Below the pieces are notes generated by a model that was not told where the DNA came from, did no database searches, and worked only from the letters and a program-made list of their open reading frames with translations. A stretch of DNA of 63,786 nucleotides, counting the filler, from Atractiella rhizophila (Eukaryota): the NCBI GenBank assembly GCA_021432655.1. It is 5 parts of 5 records of this genome, joined end to end, with 100 filler letters (N's around TTAATTAATTAA, not from the genome) between each part and the next. Parts side by side here need not be neighbours in the genome. Positions count along the whole stretch, not along the records: positions 50,411 to 62,630 come from MU271924.1; positions 62,731 to 63,786 come from MU272010.1; 3 more parts are not named here. One strand, written 5' to 3'. Positions 61,537-63,786 of the stretch are shown one piece after another (within the stretch, counting starts at the first letter, position 1; the number at the start of each line of letters is the position of its first letter). A program made the translations under genes and the position numbers.

Positions 61537-62630
61537 CTAATGACGTCGCGCCCAATTCCAACCTCCTTGAACACTTCGAGTCAGTTGCTTCTCGACTTCC
61601 TCTGCTCGACGCACTCTCACTTCTTCTTTCCGACGACGCTCTTCTCCTCCTTGTGTTTTGCCCCACACCTGTGTTCGTAGTCGTAAGACCGGGTAGGAGA
61701 TTGGGACTCCTCGTACAGCGACGAAGTAGCCCGCTTGGCAGTTATCCTCTTTCACTCGTCTTTGGTGCCTTCGCAGAGGGGCTAAGAAGGAGTGGTCTGT
61801 TAGGGAGTGGGTAATTGCTGATGGAAAAGCCACTACGACGAGGAGAGGGTTTTTTTCTTCGCTCAAAGGGAGTGAAACTACTTTCGTTGCGATGGTGCTG
61901 CCGCCTCGCAAGCTACCGCATACCTTTAGTTAACTCTTTGCTTCGCGAGGTTTCGAACGTACCTGTTTAGGCTCTCGAGCTCCTCTTCCTTCGCTTCCTT
62001 GCTGACGTTTGGTGATAAGGTTTCCTTCTTCCATTTGGACTTCTTGCTCACCTTCTTGGTAGTCAGTTTGAACTACGTTGCTGGTGTGCGTCACGTGGAG
62101 GACTACTTTGGAGTGGAACCAAACGGAGCAAAAAATTTCCTCGTTCGCTCGTCTTCTAGAGAGGTGTGAGTCCTCGTTGTGTTAGGGTCTAGCTCTTGCC
62201 TAAGGCACTTTCACAGAGCACCTCGCTAGCATAATTTGCATCGCGTGTCCGTTACCTTCTCTCCGTACCTAGCTAACCAGCAAACTAGCGTCTCTTTCGT
62301 GACCTCCGTCTTCGCTTCGTGGCAGACTGTGGAGTTCTCTTCCTTGTTAAAGTCGAGGAAAGACTCCTTGTTCCCGCTGTACAAGCGGGAGGTCAGCCAA
62401 GAAGTAGCTTAGAAGGAACCTCGCAAGCCACATACTACTTCCGCTTTTCGTGCGGGTACGGAGGAGCTCGAGTCAACCGCTCCTGTCGACACTTATAGTA
62501 CCGTTTACCACCGTCCAACCGTTCAGCGTCTTTCCAACAAGGAAACTTCGCGGAGCGAGGCTTCCTCTTTCGCTCATCGTCGGTTAGAGTTTTCCTCCTT
62601 TGGCCAACGTGATAATACACTAAGAGGGAC
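61537..62630 (-). CDS. Hypothetical basic protein, partial (5' end in gap)
   Basis: Several Lys/Arg-rich open segments separated by GT-AG intron-like stretches; no family recognised. Confidence 0.35.
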
Positions 62631-62730
62631 NNNNNNNNNNNNNNNNNNNNNNNNNNNNNNNNNNNNNNNNNNNNTTAATTAATTAANNNNNNNNNNNNNN
62701 NNNNNNNNNNNNNNNNNNNNNNNNNNNNNN

Positions 62731-63773
62731 GTAAAACTCGTCTCAACTCCCTCCATCAACTCATCTTCCGTCAGGTTGACAGATGGCTTCTGCTCCGTCA
62801 GGGCTTGCTTGCCGGCGTCAATGAGGCCCTTCAGACGGTCGCCAAATTCTTTAAACAGCTCGTCGTCATCCTCTCCGTCATCATTCTGTAGGGGCTCAAA
62901 TTGCGGCTCCGGCCCCTGGACGGAGGGCCACCAAGAGTTCGTTGAGGTGGGAGGAGGGAGCGATGGTGTGAAGTTCACGTTGAATGATGATGATGAGGGA
63001 TCGAAGGCGGGGGCACGGGATGCGACCCGACGGCGAGGAGCAAAACGATGTTGCTGATCATTGCAGATTAGGAGAATCCTGGAGATAAAAGCAACACATA
63101 CAGGAGATGGATGGATCTCGTGGTATGCTGGTGGAGCAGGTGATTGGGGCACCTGCTCCTCTTCTGAGTGTTGGGTTTCTTCCTTTGATTCCACTGCCTT
63201 TTGCTCTTGCTTCGGCTTCCCTCGATCCCTCCAAAGCTGGTAGGCAGCGTAACCAATCTGTGCATACCAGTCTCAGCAAACCATTTGTTAACCCATGTGA
63301 TACAAAGTGCATACCGCGGTTGTGTAAAGTGCTGCCTCCAACCCTACTGAAAGCAAGGTATCAGTCAGACCGCGCCTCTTTTTCATCGGTGGCTGCCCTT
63401 CAGCTAGTTCATCAACTTCTGTCCTCTCATTCAACGAAGTACCAGTGCCGCCGATTTCCTCGTTCCTTGAGTCCCCGTTTGCGGTCACACTGTCAAGATA
63501 TGAAGACGGGGTATCGAAAGTGCCTTGCACCTTTTGGCGATCTATTCCCTGAGTAGATGTTGATGGAGAGAAGGTCGAAGATACCAAGCGAGGCGTGGGG
63601 ATCGGATCGGAGGAGTACGACTGAGCGAAGTTTCGTTTCTTGCTTGCTGGAGCAAGGACACCGTGAAATGAAGTGTCACCTGAAAATGTTTCAGGCGGTG
63701 GTCTTGGGCGAGGATATCGACGTTTTGGAAGGGGAGATGACTGGAAGGTAAACGTCGAGGTGGGGTTGGACAT
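62731..63773 (-). CDS. Basidiomycete-type hypothetical protein, 3' end in gap
   Basis: ATG at 63773; KKRRGLTDTLLSVGLEAALYTTA..GYAAYQLWR, PPPAY, DRLKGLIDAGKQAL; two introns. Confidence 0.65.
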
Positions 63774-63786
63774 GATCGTTTTGATA

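Overview
Eukaryotic draft-genome window. The intron-dense genes with ~45-60 nt GT-AG introns and the gene families present (DUF6533 7TM protein, Git3-like GPCR, Zn2Cys6 factors) point to a basidiomycete fungus; this is inference. The left ~17 kb is accessory and transposon-rich: a Ty1/Copia element with its 3' LTR abutting an inverted decayed copy of the same family, a second related LTR, a hAT remnant with one terminal repeat, a spliced TET/JBP-like 2OG-Fe(II) dioxygenase gene, a 27-bp minisatellite, a DUF1752/DUF3295 gene, a divergent Pumilio gene, and a Helitron 5' end whose empty insertion site is also present in the window. The middle holds core genes (RhoGAP 3' part, TRS31, MFAP1, acetyl-CoA synthetase), then two pairs of small orphan paralogues (C2HC zinc-finger-like proteins; ~60-aa secreted peptides ending CPWxGTKxKRCIGS) next to a Git3-like GPCR and a DUF6533 7TM gene. 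The right part has a TPR-like protein, an AIF/AMID-like oxidoreductase, a PHD protein, two Zn2Cys6 genes, an M43 metalloprotease and hypothetical genes. All gene models were spliced by eye, family calls rest on recalled motifs with no database searches run, and six N-gaps limit what can be seen.
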